A stretch of 64,000 bases of DNA from Nitrospirota bacterium (GCA_963741205.1 CAVUHW010000006.1:64001-128000), one strand, 5' to 3'. Shown: positions 47,242 through 58,197, counted from the first letter of the stretch. The notes: generated by a model not told the origin, from the sequence alone. Numbers and translations are program-made.

Positions 47242-48054
47242 ATGTCGAGAATAAAGAATACCTTCAATCGGCTCAGGAAAAAGAACGAAACCGCGCTCAT
47301 CCCTTACATCATGGCGGGGGACCCGGACTTCGCTGCGACGAAGACGCTCATTCTCGAGATGGAAAAGGCGGGATGCGACATCATTGAACTCGGCGCGCCT
47401 TTCTCCGATCCTTTGGCCGACGGGCCCACGATCCAGAAAGCGGCCATCCGGTCGCTCAAGCACCATACGAGCATAGCCGACGTGCTCGGCCTCGTCGCCG
47501 ATGTGCGGAAGGCGAGTTCGATCCCGCTCATCGTCATGACCTACTACAACCTGATCTTTCATTACGGGGAAGAGCGGTTTGTGAACGATGCCGCCGCGGC
47601 CGGGCTGGACGGCATCATTCTGCCGGACCTTCCGCCGGAAGAGGCCGGAGCGCTGATACCCTTTGCGAAAAAGGCGGGTCTCGATACGATCTTCCTGCTC
47701 GCGCCGACGAGCACGGAGGAACGGATCAAAATCGTCTGCAAGGTCTCTCAGGGATTTGTCTATTATGTGTCCCTGACCGGCGTGACCGGAGCGCGCGCGG
47801 GGATACAGGGTTCCGTTGAGGAGTCCCTCAGGAAGATCAAGGCGGTCACGGACAAGCCGGTTGCCGTGGGGTTCGGAATATCCACGCCGGACCAGGCGGC
47901 CCAGATAGCCCGGTGGGGAGCGGACGGCGTGATCGTCGGAAGCGCTCTCGTCAAGGTGATCGAAGAGTACGGGAGTTCCCCGGAGCTTGTCGAGAAGACT
48001 TCGGCATTCGCAAAGGCTCTCAAACAGGCGGTCCTTGCGGGGCACGTCGCATAA
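47242..48054 (+). CDS. trpA: Tryptophan synthase alpha chain
   Basis: ELGAPFSDPLADGPTIQ, PDLPPEE, GVTG, GFGI, DGVIVGSA. Confidence 0.97.
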   Translation: MSRIKNTFNRLRKKNETALIPYIMAGDPDFAATKTLILEMEKAGCDIIELGAPFSDPLADGPTIQKAAIRSLKHHTSIADVLGLVADVRKASSIPLIVMTYYNLIFHYGEERFVNDAAAAGLDGIILPDLPPEEAGALIPFAKKAGLDTIFLLAPTSTEERIKIVCKVSQGFVYYVSLTGVTGARAGIQGSVEESLRKIKAVTDKPVAVGFGISTPDQAAQIARWGADGVIVGSALVKVIEEYGSSPELVEKTSAFAKALKQAVLAGHVA

Positions 48055-48156
48055 CCTCCGAATGATACAGTTCAAATCCCAAATTAAATCCACATCCGGA
48101 ATTCCGGCAAGGTGGCGCCTGACATGCGGAGTTTGCTCTAAGCTTACGGAGCCGTG

Positions 48157-50052
48157 ATGAAGCAACAAACGGGAAAACGTGCCGGAATTACTATTGCGCT
48201 GATCGTCGCGGCCACGCTTTCGGTCCTCTATCTCGTGCATGCCTCGTTCCCCGAGGTGCTGGAGGAAAAGACGCTTGACCTCCGGTTCACGCTCAGGGGC
48301 AGGATCGCGCCGGGACCCGAGACGGTGATCGCGGCTATCGACGAGAAGAGCATTAACAAGCTCGGACGCTTTCCCTGGCCCCGGTCGGTCTGGGGCCGCG
48401 TGGTCGATCGTTTGACGGAAGAGGGCGCAAAGGTCATCATCTTCGACGTTTTTTTCACCGAGCCGGAGAACGGGAAATCCGACGACCTGTTGCAGAGGGC
48501 CATTCGGCGGAGCGGTCGCGTGGTCCTTCCGCTGGTGTTCGATTTTTCGGAAGCTGGGTACAAGGAGTCGGGATTTACGAACAAAAAATTAGACTTCATG
48601 GCTCCTTCCGCATACGCCGTGCTCAAGAATACGGATGCCCCTTTTTCGCCGATCGAGGCGAAGATGGTGCTCCCGACCCTGCCGAGGTTTTCCGAAGTCG
48701 CAAAATCTCTCGCGCCGATCAACATGATTCCCGACGGGGACGGGACTCTTCGGTGGGAGATGCTCGCCATCAAATACCAGGACGATTACTACGCGCCTAT
48801 CGGACTTCAGGCCGCACGCTTATACCGCGGCCTCGAAAATACCGACCTCATTTTGGACGGTTCGGGCGAAGTAGATCTTGGAGACGCCCGGATCCCCATC
48901 GACCGGTACGGAAGGATGTTGATCAATTACCGCGGACCGGCAGGGACCTTTCCCTTCTATTCCGTTTCCGATATCCTCGACCGGACGGCCCCCGCGGGCG
49001 CGTTCAAAGACAGGATTATTCTGATCGGTCCCACGGCCATGGGCATCTACGATCTCAGGGTCACGCCCTTCTCGAATAACATGCCGGGGATCGAAAAGCA
49101 TGCCAGCGTCGTGGACAACATCCTGCGCGGGGATTTTCTCCGCCGCACGGAGACGGGCGTCCTGCCCCTGATCTTTGTTTTCGCCCTCGTGCTGGGCGTC
49201 ATGCTCCCGCGGCTCGGCGCCGGGTACGGCGCGGCGCTGTTTCTTGCCCTCTTCACCGGCTATCTGGGCTCCGTTTATTACCTGTTCGCGGTCAAGGGGA
49301 TCTGGTTCAACCTGGTCTATCCCGCGTCCGCCCTGTTCTTCGGCTATACGAGCCAGACGGCATATCGTTTCTTCATGGAAGAGCGGCGGGCCCGTGACAT
49401 CCGCAAGATGTTCTCGAGTTACGTATCGAAGCGGATCGTCGATGAACTCATCAGAGACCCGAGCAAGGCAAAGCTCGGAGGGGACCGGAAGGAAATAACG
49501 GTCCTCTTTTCCGACATCCGGGGTTTTACGTCCTTCTCCGAAAAGCACCAGCCCGAGGAGGTGGTTTCCCTTCTGAACGAGTATCTCGGCGCAATGACGG
49601 AGATCGTCTTCGAGCACGAAGGCACGCTCGATAAATTTGTGGGGGACGCGATCATGGCGCTCTGGGGCGCGCCTGTGGGACAGCCCGACCATGCCGAACG
49701 CGCAGTCAGGTGCGCCCTGATGATGATCGAGAAGCTCAAGGAACTTCAGACGAAGTGGGCCGCGGAGGGGAAATACGTCATCGACATCGGGATCGGGATC
49801 AATACCGGCGACATGGTCGTGGGCAACATGGGGGCGGAAGGCAAGAAGATGGACTACACCGTGATCGGCGACAACGTGAACCTCGGCGCGCGCCTGGAAA
49901 GCTTGACAAGAAAGTACAATAATCATATCATCATATCGGAATATACCTACGCAAAGGTCAAGGACATCGTCCGCGCCGTTGAACTCGATTCCGTGACCGT
50001 CAAGGGGAAAGAGAAGCCCGTCGTCGTGTATGATCTCGTAGGGATGAAGTGA
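48157..50052 (+). CDS. CHASE2-domain class III adenylate cyclase
   Basis: IDEKS..LGRFPWPR (CHASE2), three TM segments, FSDIRGFT, DKFVGD, DYTVIGDNVNLGARLE (ATP-type K/T residues). Confidence 0.92.
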   Translation: MKQQTGKRAGITIALIVAATLSVLYLVHASFPEVLEEKTLDLRFTLRGRIAPGPETVIAAIDEKSINKLGRFPWPRSVWGRVVDRLTEEGAKVIIFDVFFTEPENGKSDDLLQRAIRRSGRVVLPLVFDFSEAGYKESGFTNKKLDFMAPSAYAVLKNTDAPFSPIEAKMVLPTLPRFSEVAKSLAPINMIPDGDGTLRWEMLAIKYQDDYYAPIGLQAARLYRGLENTDLILDGSGEVDLGDARIPIDRYGRMLINYRGPAGTFPFYSVSDILDRTAPAGAFKDRIILIGPTAMGIYDLRVTPFSNNMPGIEKHASVVDNILRGDFLRRTETGVLPLIFVFALVLGVMLPRLGAGYGAALFLALFTGYLGSVYYLFAVKGIWFNLVYPASALFFGYTSQTAYRFFMEERRARDIRKMFSSYVSKRIVDELIRDPSKAKLGGDRKEITVLFSDIRGFTSFSEKHQPEEVVSLLNEYLGAMTEIVFEHEGTLDKFVGDAIMALWGAPVGQPDHAERAVRCALMMIEKLKELQTKWAAEGKYVIDIGIGINTGDMVVGNMGAEGKKMDYTVIGDNVNLGARLESLTRKYNNHIIISEYTYAKVKDIVRAVELDSVTVKGKEKPVVVYDLVGMK

Positions 50053-50064
50053 TGGGGAGCTCGC

Positions 50065-50833
50065 ATGAAGGTAAAAATACTGGGTTGCTCCGGTTCTGAG
50101 ACGATAGGCCATATGCCTCCGGGTTTCTTGGTCAATGATGTCATGATGCTCGATGCGGGGACGATCACCGCGGCGCTCAACATCGGGGCGCAGAGCAAAA
50201 TAACGGATATTCTGATAAGCCATACTCATCTCGATCACATCAAATCGCTCCTGTTCCTTGCGGACAACATCGTCGGACGGGTCAAGAAGCCCGTCCTGAT
50301 CAGGTCCGTTCCGAAGGTCCTTGACAGCGATCCGAAAACACCTGATGAACAATATCATCTGGCCCGATTTCACGAAGATCCCGACGCCGAAAAACCCGGT
50401 TCTGGCCTATGCGCCGATGCCGATGGGCAAAACGGTGAGCGTCGCCGGGCTCAAGGTCAAGGCGATCCCCATGAACCATCCCGTTCCCGCCGTGGGGTTC
50501 CTGGTGGGTGACGGCAAGTCGTCATTCCTGTACAGCGCGGACACCGGGCCGAACGAAGTGCTCTGGAAGGAGGCGTCAAGGGTCAAAAACCTCTCGGCAA
50601 TCATCGTCGATACGTCTTTTCCGAACAGCCTCGACGGCATCGCCGGCGTGAGCGGCCATTTTACGCCGGCGCAACTCCATGCCGACCTCGCGAAGGCGAA
50701 GGTAGCGAACAACGTCTCCATCTATATTTATCACATCAAGCCGGTCCATCAAAAGAAGGTGATCAGCGAGCTCGCCGGCCTGGGCCGGAAAAACGTTAAG
50801 ATACTGCAGGAAGGGAAGACGTACCACTTTTAA
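50065..50833 (+). CDS. Class II 3',5'-cyclic-nucleotide phosphodiesterase (metallo-beta-lactamase fold); frameshift near 50325
   Basis: LGCSG, DAGT, SHTHLDHI, NNIIWPDF, H.VPAVG, SGHFTP, YHIKP. Confidence 0.85.
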
Positions 50834-50878
50834 ACAAGCAAATCAGGTATAAACTTCCGACTTTCAAACAGGAGAACC

Positions 50879-51733
50879 ATGGCTTGGTTTAAGAAAGAAC
50901 GTCCGGCAACAGCGGCCCAGGAAGCGCCGGCCAAGAAGGTCAAGATCCCCGAGGGGCTGTGGGTCAAGTGCGACAACTGCAAGGAGATCATCTACCGCAA
51001 AGAGGTGGACAAGAACTTCAAGGTCTGCCCCAAGTGCGACTACCACTTCCGGATTTCGGCTTCGGAGCGGCTTCCCTATCTGGTGGACGAGGGCAGCTTC
51101 CTCGAGGTGGAGGACGGCCTGTCGCCCAAGGACTTCCTTGCCTTCAAGGACTACAAGGACAAGCTCAAGAGCAGCCGCAAGAAGACGGGACTCAAGGACG
51201 CGGTCATATCCGGGGAGGCCAGGATAGGCGGCAAGCACGTGTCGATCGTGGTCATGGATTTCGACTTCATGGGCGGCAGCATGGGTTCCGTGGTCGGCGA
51301 AAAGATCACGCGGGCCGTCGAGCGGGCCATCGACAAGCGGGTGCCCTTCGTGTCGGTCGCCTCCTCGGGCGGGGCCCGCATGCAGGAGGGGATCCTCTCG
51401 CTCATGCAGATGGCCAAGACCTCGGCCGCCGTGGCGCGGTTGGGAGAGGCCGGACTGCCCTTCATCTCCGTGCTCACGGACCCGACCTTCGGCGGGGTGA
51501 CGGCGAGCTTCGCGATGCTCGGTGACATCATCATCGCGGAGCCGAAGAGCCTCATCGGCTTTGCCGGGCCCCGGGTGATCGAGCAGACGATCAAGCAGCA
51601 GCTCCCGCCGGGGTTCCAGCGCGCGGAGTTCCTGCTCGAACACGGCATGATCGACATGATCGTGCCGCGCAAGGACTTGCGCGCGGTCCTGGCCAAGATC
51701 CTCGATTTTTTCTCGGAAGAGGCCAATGGGTGA
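50879..51733 (+). CDS. accD: Acetyl-CoA carboxylase carboxyltransferase beta subunit
   Basis: WVKCDNC..CPKC zinc finger, [29 protein letters not shown]. Confidence 0.97.
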   Translation: MAWFKKERPATAAQEAPAKKVKIPEGLWVKCDNCKEIIYRKEVDKNFKVCPKCDYHFRISASERLPYLVDEGSFLEVEDGLSPKDFLAFKDYKDKLKSSRKKTGLKDAVISGEARIGGKHVSIVVMDFDFMGGSMGSVVGEKITRAVERAIDKRVPFVSVASSGGARMQEGILSLMQMAKTSAAVARLGEAGLPFISVLTDPTFGGVTASFAMLGDIIIAEPKSLIGFAGPRVIEQTIKQQLPPGFQRAEFLLEHGMIDMIVPRKDLRAVLAKILDFFSEEANG

Positions 51734-51944
51734 GATCGCCAGAATCCTGATAATCCTCGGGGCAGTGCTGATCGTGATCGGCCTCGTGATGCTCGGCATC
51801 CAGAAGCTCCCCTTCGCGGGAAGGCTTCCGGGAGATATCATGATCAAGCGTGAAAACTTCACGTTCTATTTCCCCCTGGCCACCAGCATCATCGTGAGCA
51901 TTGTGATGAGCCTCATCCTGTATCTCATCAACAAGTTCAGGTGA
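51726..51944 (+). CDS. DUF2905 small membrane protein
   Basis: GRLPGDI...NFTFYFPL between two TM segments. Confidence 0.85.
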   Translation: MGEIARILIILGAVLIVIGLVMLGIQKLPFAGRLPGDIMIKRENFTFYFPLATSIIVSIVMSLILYLINKFR

Positions 51945-51947
51945 TCA

Positions 51948-52010
51948 GTTGCGAGTTGCGCGTTGCGTGTTACGGGTTAAACCCGCAACTCGTAACCCGC
52001 AACCCGTAAC
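51948..52010. repeat. Heptamer-periodic hairpin
   Basis: gttgcga-gttgcgc-gttgcgt-gttacgg-gtt / aacccgc-aactcgt-aacccgc-aacccgt-aac. Confidence 0.85.
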
Positions 52011-52079
52011 ATATCTGGTCTCGGTCAAAAGCCGCGACATGAAAAGCTGTACCGGGTGCTGTGCATGGGCATTTCAGCC

Positions 52080-53453
52080 ATGACCGACGACGCGACTTTA
52101 AAACGATCCGCCCTCCTCATCGCCACCCTGTCGGCGTTTCTCACGCCCTTCATGGTCTCCTCCCTCAACATCGCGCTCCCCGCCATCGGCAGGGAGTTTC
52201 AGATGAGCGCGGTGCTTATGAGCTGGGTACCGACGGCGTACCTTCTGGCCGCTGCCATGTTCCTCGTACCTTTCGGCAGGCTGGCGGATATCTACGGACG
52301 GAAGCGGATCTTTTCCTACGGCATCGGGATCTTCACGGCCTCGTCGCTCCTGCTTGCGTTATCGCCGTCTGCAGCGGCGCTCATTACGTTCCGCGTATTC
52401 CAGGGGATCGGCAGCGCCATGATCTTCGGGACCGGCATGGCGATCCTGACTTCCGTGTTTCCCGCGGCGGAGCGCGGCCGCGTGCTCGGCATGAACGTGG
52501 CGGCCGTCTATCTCGGGCTTTCGCTCGGCCCGACCTTCGGCGGGTTCCTGACCCAGCAGTTCGGCTGGCGGAGCATCTTTCTCGTGAACGTGCCGCTCGG
52601 TCTGCTGGTGATCTTCTTCCTGGCGACCAGGTTGAAGGCCGAGTGGGCGGAAGCCCGGGGAGAGAAGTTCGACCTTGCAGGCTCCCTCCTGTACAGCGTT
52701 ACGCTGGTCTCTCTCATGTACGGGCTCTCGCGGCTTCCGCGTGGGACAGGGGCAGCCCTGGTCGCCGTGGGCGCCGCGGGAGCGGCGCTGTTCATCGTCT
52801 GGGAAATAAAGTCAGCGAGCCCGCTCCTCAACATGAACCTTTTCTTCCATAACGCGGCCTTCGCCTTCTCGAACCTCGCCGCGCTGATCAACTACAGCGC
52901 GACCAATGCCGTTACGTTCCTCATGAGCCTCTACCTGCAGTACATCAAGGGCCTCACTCCCCAGAGCGCGGGCATGGTCCTCGTGGCGCAGCCCCTGGTC
53001 ATGGCGATATTTTCTCCCCTGGCGGGGAGGATTTCCGACAAGATAGAACCGAGGGTCGTGGCGTCCGTCGGCATGGCCATCACCGCGTCCGGGCTCTTCC
53101 TGTTTACTTTCGTGGACGGGGGCACCTCCGTGGCATTCATTCTGACCGGCCTGGTCCTTCTGGGGTTCGGCTTCGCCCTGTTCTCGTCGCCGAACACGAA
53201 CGCCGTCATGAGCTCCATCGAAAAGAGGTTCTACGGCGTGGGCTCGGCCACGCTCGCCACCATGCGCCTCACGGGCCAGATGCTTTCCATGGGCATCGCC
53301 ATGGTGATCTTCTCGCTCTCCATAGGCAGCGCCCGGATCACGCCGGAATATTACCCGCTCTTTCTGAAAAGCATGAAAACAGGTTTTGTTATATTTTCCT
53401 CCCTCTGTTTCGCCGGCATCTTCGCTTCGCTGGCAAGAGGGAAAGTGAGGTGA
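52080..53453 (+). CDS. MFS transporter, DHA2 (EmrB/QacA-like)
   Basis: NIALPAI, GRLADIYGRKR, GPTFGG, WRSIFLVNVP. Confidence 0.9.
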   Translation: MTDDATLKRSALLIATLSAFLTPFMVSSLNIALPAIGREFQMSAVLMSWVPTAYLLAAAMFLVPFGRLADIYGRKRIFSYGIGIFTASSLLLALSPSAAALITFRVFQGIGSAMIFGTGMAILTSVFPAAERGRVLGMNVAAVYLGLSLGPTFGGFLTQQFGWRSIFLVNVPLGLLVIFFLATRLKAEWAEARGEKFDLAGSLLYSVTLVSLMYGLSRLPRGTGAALVAVGAAGAALFIVWEIKSASPLLNMNLFFHNAAFAFSNLAALINYSATNAVTFLMSLYLQYIKGLTPQSAGMVLVAQPLVMAIFSPLAGRISDKIEPRVVASVGMAITASGLFLFTFVDGGTSVAFILTGLVLLGFGFALFSSPNTNAVMSSIEKRFYGVGSATLATMRLTGQMLSMGIAMVIFSLSIGSARITPEYYPLFLKSMKTGFVIFSSLCFAGIFASLARGKVR

Positions 53454-53456
53454 ACA

Positions 53457-54357
53457 ATGGACCGAAGGGATTTTCTGAAACTGGCCGCGTTGACCGGCGC
53501 TGGGACTCTCGATGCCCTGGGGGCTGGACATGCTTGCGGGGTCCGCCGAAGCGGCGACTCGGCCCGACCTCGTTGTCGCCCACGGCGCATCTCCCGGGGA
53601 GATCGTCAAGGCGGCGATTGACGCCCTGGGCGGCATGGGCGCGTTCGTTTCCCGGGGCGATGTCGTGGTCGTTAAGCCGAACATCGGCTGGGACCGGACG
53701 CCGGAGCAGGCGGGCAACACCAACCCCGAAGTGGTTGCGGCCGTGGTCAAGCTCTGCTTCGAGGCGGGAGCAAAGAAGGTAAGGGTTTTTGACCGGCCGG
53801 TGAACGACCCGAGACGGTGCTATGTCCAGAGCGGTATTGCGTCTGCCGCGGCCGCCCTGGGCGCGAACGTGGACTTTGTCGATGACCGGAAGTTCAAGGA
53901 CATGGAGATTGGGGGCACGGCGCTCAAGTCCTGGCCGCTCTATACGGAGCTCTTCGAGGCGGACAAGGTGATCAACATCCCCATTGCCAAACACCACGGC
54001 TCGGCCAAGCTCACGATGTCCATGAAAAACTGGATGGGAGTGATGGGCGGCTCAGAGAAGGCAGATACACCAGAAGCTCGACGAAAGCCTCGTGGACCTC
54101 TCGACGAAGATCAAGCCCACGCTCACCATCCTCGACGCCGTGCGCATCCTGACGGCGAACGGCCCCCAGGGCGGCAGCCTTGCGGACGTGAAGAAGCTCG
54201 ACACCGTCATCGCGGGCGTGGACCCGGTGGCGATCGATTCCTTCGGGGCCACGCTCTTCGGCATGAAGGGGAGCGACCTCGGGTACGTGCGGCTCGGCCA
54301 TGAGCGGGGGCTGGGGCAGATGGATTTGACAAGTGAAGCTAGAAGATAAGAGCATAA
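53457..54357 (+). CDS. Tat-exported DUF362 protein (frameshifts near 53500, 54055 and 54330; end approximate)
   Basis: MDRRDFLK twin-arginine signal; VVVKPNIGW, NTNPEVV, PIAKHH, SMKNWMG, DPVAID. Confidence 0.8.
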
Positions 54358-54413
54358 AATAAGTCGTTTCAGCCGGCAGGAATTTACGCTAGATGTTAGT
54401 GAGACAGAAAAAT

Positions 54414-55960
54414 ATGAAAAACTATTCGCAGAATATCTCAAGGCCTGTTCCTGCTCCTCTTCCTCTTTCTGTTCATCCAGACCGAGTCAAAGGGGAATGA
54501 CGAACTCGGGTACCCGGTCCGTCTGTTTCTCGATTTCGATCCGCTCATCCTGGTGACGACGCTTCTCTCCGCCCACGCGGCTGCAAAGGCATTTGCTCTT
54601 TCCGTCATCACCATCATCGTGACCTTGATTTTCGGCAGGGTCTTTTGCGGATGGGTCTGCCCCCTGGGCACGCTCAACAACCTCGTCGGGTCGATCAGGA
54701 AAAAGCGGCCCGCGCACCTGTACGTCAAAGGATACCGCGTCAAATATTATATCCTCATCGCCATCCTTGCCTCGGCCGTCTTTACGCTCCAGCCCGTGGG
54801 CATCATGGACCCGCTCTCGCTCTTGATCCGCTCTTTCTCCATCAGCGTCTATCCGTTGTTCAATTACGGCGTACGATCGGCATTCGACACGATCTATTCG
54901 GCAAACCCGGCAGGTATCGTCGCAATATCCGAGCCAGTGTACACGGTCCTCAAAAAGACCGTGCTTTCCTTCGAGCAGTCGTTCTATGACCAGGGCGTTT
55001 TGATCGGCGCGATCTTTCTTCATCATCATCGGCCTGAATCTTATCGAGAAGCGGTTCTGGTGCAAGTACCTCTGCCCCTTAGGCGCGTTCCTCGGCATCC
55101 TCTCCCGGTTCTCGCTCTTGAAGCGATCGGTGAGTGAAGGGTGCACCTCGTGCGGCGTCTGCGCCACTGCGTGCCAGGGCAATGCTCAGCCCGAGACTAA
55201 AGGACAATGGCGGGACACGGAATGCCTCGTTTGCGGGAACTGCGATGACATCTGTCCCCAGAACGCGGTGAGTTTCGGATTCAAATCGACAGGGAAGGCC
55301 GCAGCCATGGACCTTGGCAGGAGGCGCGTGATCGCGTCCGTAGTCTCCGGCATTGTCGCAGTCCCGCTTCTTCGAACAACGCCGATCTCAAAAACGGGGG
55401 CGCAGGAACCGGCGCTTCTCAGGCCGCCGGGGGCGCTCGAGGAAAGGGAATTTCTGAAACGCTGCGTCAAGTGCGGGGAGTGCATGAAGGTCTGCACCAC
55501 GAACGGGCTTCAGCCGACGCTTTTCGAAGCGGGTGTGGAAGGTATCTGGTCGCCGGTGCTCGTGCCGCGCATAGGCTACTGCGAGTACCGCTGCACGCTC
55601 TGCGGGCAGGTCTGCCCCACCGGGGCGATCAAACGGCTTTCCCTCGAAGAAAAGGCAAAGGTCAGGATCGGGCTCGCCATGATCGAAAAAGGCAGGTGCC
55701 TGCCCTGGGCGCACGGCAGGCCGTGCATCGTATGCGAGGAAGTTTGCCCTACGTCAAAAAAGGCCATCTGGCTCGAAGACGCGCGGGTGCGGGACCGGCA
55801 GGGGAAGGTCGTGGTCGTCAAGCAGCCGCACGTGGACCTCGAACTCTGCATCGGCTGCGGCATCTGCGAAGCCAAATGCCCGGTGCTCGGAAGGCCGGCG
55901 ATTTACGTGTCGAACGTGGGGGAGAGCAGGTCGAAGGAAAACAGACTGCTGCTGACGTGA
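54414..55960 (+). CDS. Membrane polyferredoxin (NapH/MauN-like plus NapG/MauM-like 4Fe-4S domains); frameshifts near 54420 and 55020
   Basis: GRVFCGWVCPLG, RFWCKYLCPLG, several CxxCxxC motifs, LRPPGA, CGQVCPTGAI, CIGCGICE. Confidence 0.85.
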
Positions 55961-56038
55961 AGTCTGTCCGTCATGTGACTGCCAAACGGGACAGACCTTG
56001 AATGACGCAATGGTGCGAGCTTTGTCGAAATCGCCGTC

Positions 56039-56798
56039 CTAGGATTTTTCTCCAAGCAGATTTATCCGGTGCGCCAGAACGCCGGCGCCGAAGCCGTTGT
56101 CGATGTTCATGACGGCGACGCCTGCCGCGCAGGAGTTAAGCATCGTGAGGAGCGGCGCCAGGCCCTGGAAACCCGCGCCGTAGCCCACGCTCGTCGGAAC
56201 TGCGATCACGGGCTTGTCCACGAGCCCGCCGACGACCGAGGGCAGCGCGCCGTCCATGCCCGCGACCACCACAATCACGCGCGCTGCATCGATGATGTCG
56301 CGCTTGCTTAAAACACGGTGGATGCCCGCCACACCAACGTCATAGGTCGTCCGGACCGTGCTGCCGAGCATTCCGGCGGTGACTGCCGCCTCTTCGGCGA
56401 CCGGGATATCCGATGTCCCGGCAGTCAGAACAAGCACGATGCCTCGCGTAAGCTTCTTTTTCTTATCCTGGACGACGATGGCCCGCGACGCCTGGTGATA
56501 TCTCGCGCGACGGTCGAGCTTTTTTATCGCTTTATAGATAGTTTCGTTTGCGCGAGTGGCCAGAATATCGCTTCCCGCATCGAGCATGCGTTTGGTGATG
56601 CCCACGACCTGTTCCAGCGTTTTCCCTTCGCAGTAGATGACCTCGGGTATGCCGTGGCGGAGATGGCGGTGGTGGTCGATGTGAGCATAGGCCATGTCCT
56701 CGAAAGGCAGGTGTTTGAGCCGGCAAGAGCGCGGTCTCGACATCGGTCTTGCCCGCGCGGACGTTCAGGAGAAGTGCAGTGAGGTCTGATTTATTCAT
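56039..56798 (-). CDS. larB: Nickel-pincer cofactor biosynthesis protein LarB; frameshift near 56735
   Basis: DHHR..R.G.PEVI, AGTSDIPVAEEA, DVGVAGIHR, AGMDGAL, PTSVGYG, LNSCA, NIDNGFGA. Confidence 0.9.
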
Positions 56799-56836
56799 GG
56801 AAATATTATCATGAGCAAATAATCATACTCTTATGC

Positions 56837-56954
56837 TGTCATTCCGGGCTCGACCCGGAATCCAGCCTGCACCCAGCGATTATGAGTGCTACGTCGCGAA
56901 TGCAGGGTGTGCTTTTAGTGAAAAAAATGGATTCCTGCTTCCGCAGGAATGACA
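56837..56954. repeat. TGTCATTCC-family paired palindromes (REPIN-like)
   Basis: tgtcattccgggctcgacccggaatcca ... tggattcctgcttccgcaggaatgaca, inverted, with different inner stems. Confidence 0.8.
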
Positions 56955-56990
56955 AACTAAGCGGCTTTACTGCTGAATCCCTTGATGTGT

Positions 56991-57021
56991 ATTCCGCAAT
57001 CGGCAATCCGCATTCCGCAAT
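56991..57021. repeat. Heptamer repeat (WWTCCGC-like) after the gpsA stop
   Basis: attccgc-aatcggc-aatccgc-attccgc-aat. Confidence 0.7.
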
Positions 57022-57024
57022 AGG

Positions 57025-58026
57025 TTACTCCGCCTTGAGTTCCCTGGTCATCAGGTCCTTGACCGCCAGCTTCGGGTCTTTTCCTTCGTACAGGAGTTGA
57101 TACACTTCATCGACGATCGGCATATCGATCTTGTATTTTTGAGCCAGGGCCCTCGCGGCCTTGGCCGTCTTCACGCCCTCGGCCACGGTCTTCGCTCCCT
57201 GCATGATCTCGGCGAGCTTCTCTCCCTTGCCCAGACGAACGCCGAGCGTGCGGTTCCGGGACAGGCCCCCCGTGCAGGTGAGGACCAGGTCGCCCATGCC
57301 GGAGAGGCCGGAGAACGTCGCGGGCTTCCCGCCCATGGCGACGCCGAGACGCGCCATTTCAGCCAGGCCGCGCGTGAGCAGCGCCGCCATGGTGTTGTAT
57401 CCGAAGCCCATGCCCTCGAGCGCGCCGGCGGCTATTGCCACGACGTTCTTGAGCGCGCCGGCGAGCTCCACGCCGATGACGTCCGGGTTGGTGTACACGC
57501 GGAAATAGTCGGTGCTCAAGACCGTTTGCGCTTTTCCCCCGGCTGAGGGCTCATAGGAGGCAAGGGTGATTGCCGTGGGCATCTTCCGCGCGACCTCCTT
57601 TGCGAAGCTCGGTCCCGAGAGGAAACAGAGGCGGCGGTGATACTCCGCGGGGAGAACGTCCTTGAACACTTCGGAGAGGGGCATGAGCGTATCAGGCTCG
57701 ATGCCCTTTGACGCGCTGATGATGATGGCGTTCTTCGTCAGAGACGGCGTGAATTGTTGTGCTACAGTACGTGCCGTGTGGGACGGCACGACGGACAGGA
57801 TGAAGGGTTTGTCCTCCACCGCGGACTCAAGCGACGAAATAACCTTGATGGAGGAAGGCAGGGAGAACCCCGGGAGATAGACGCGGTTCTCCCGCGTCCG
57901 CGCCGCTTCCTCCGCCAGGTCCTTCTCGTACATCCAGAGGGTGACGTCGTGTCCCTTTTCGGCCAGAAGGATGGCCAGGGCCGTGCCCCATGCCCCTCCG
58001 CCGATGACCCCGATCTTTTCAGCCAT
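57025..58026 (-). CDS. gpsA: NAD(P)H-dependent glycerol-3-phosphate dehydrogenase
   Basis: GGGAWGTAL, SKGIE, SGPSFA, GALKNV, GDLVLTC..SRN. Confidence 0.96.
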   Translation of the reverse strand: MAEKIGVIGGGAWGTALAILLAEKGHDVTLWMYEKDLAEEAARTRENRVYLPGFSLPSSIKVISSLESAVEDKPFILSVVPSHTARTVAQQFTPSLTKNAIIISASKGIEPDTLMPLSEVFKDVLPAEYHRRLCFLSGPSFAKEVARKMPTAITLASYEPSAGGKAQTVLSTDYFRVYTNPDVIGVELAGALKNVVAIAAGALEGMGFGYNTMAALLTRGLAEMARLGVAMGGKPATFSGLSGMGDLVLTCTGGLSRNRTLGVRLGKGEKLAEIMQGAKTVAEGVKTAKAARALAQKYKIDMPIVDEVYQLLYEGKDPKLAVKDLMTRELKAE

Positions 58027-58034
58027 AGAAGCAA

Positions 58035-58063
58035 ATTATAGAGGGAATAGGGGAAAGTGTCAA
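58035..58063 (-). promoter_or_regulatory. Perfect sigma70 promoter for gpsA (leaderless or near-leaderless mRNA)
   Basis: Minus strand TTGACA-17bp-TATAAT; ATG 8 nt downstream with no SD. Confidence 0.8.
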
Positions 58064-58076
58064 AAGAATTGTACGG

Positions 58077-58171
58077 GTAGCCGCAGGCTTTAGCCTGCGT
58101 TATTACCGTGTCTTGAGCGATTGTCCAGGCATTGCGCCTCGAAAACATCGCACCCTAAAGGGTGCGGCTAC
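58077..58171. repeat. GTAG-type REP doublet (REPIN)
   Basis: gtagccgcaggctttagcctgcg ... cgcaccctaaagggtgcggctac, inverted, with covarying stems. Confidence 0.8.
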
Positions 58172-58197
58172 CAAATCGTACCACGTAATGAACTTGG

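Noticed and set aside
48820-50373. Long antisense ORFs (517 aa here; also 60201-61808, 45875-47221, 58445-59659 and others)
   Set aside because: Shadow ORFs opposite well-supported genes, expected from high-GC codon bias, with no recognisable motifs.
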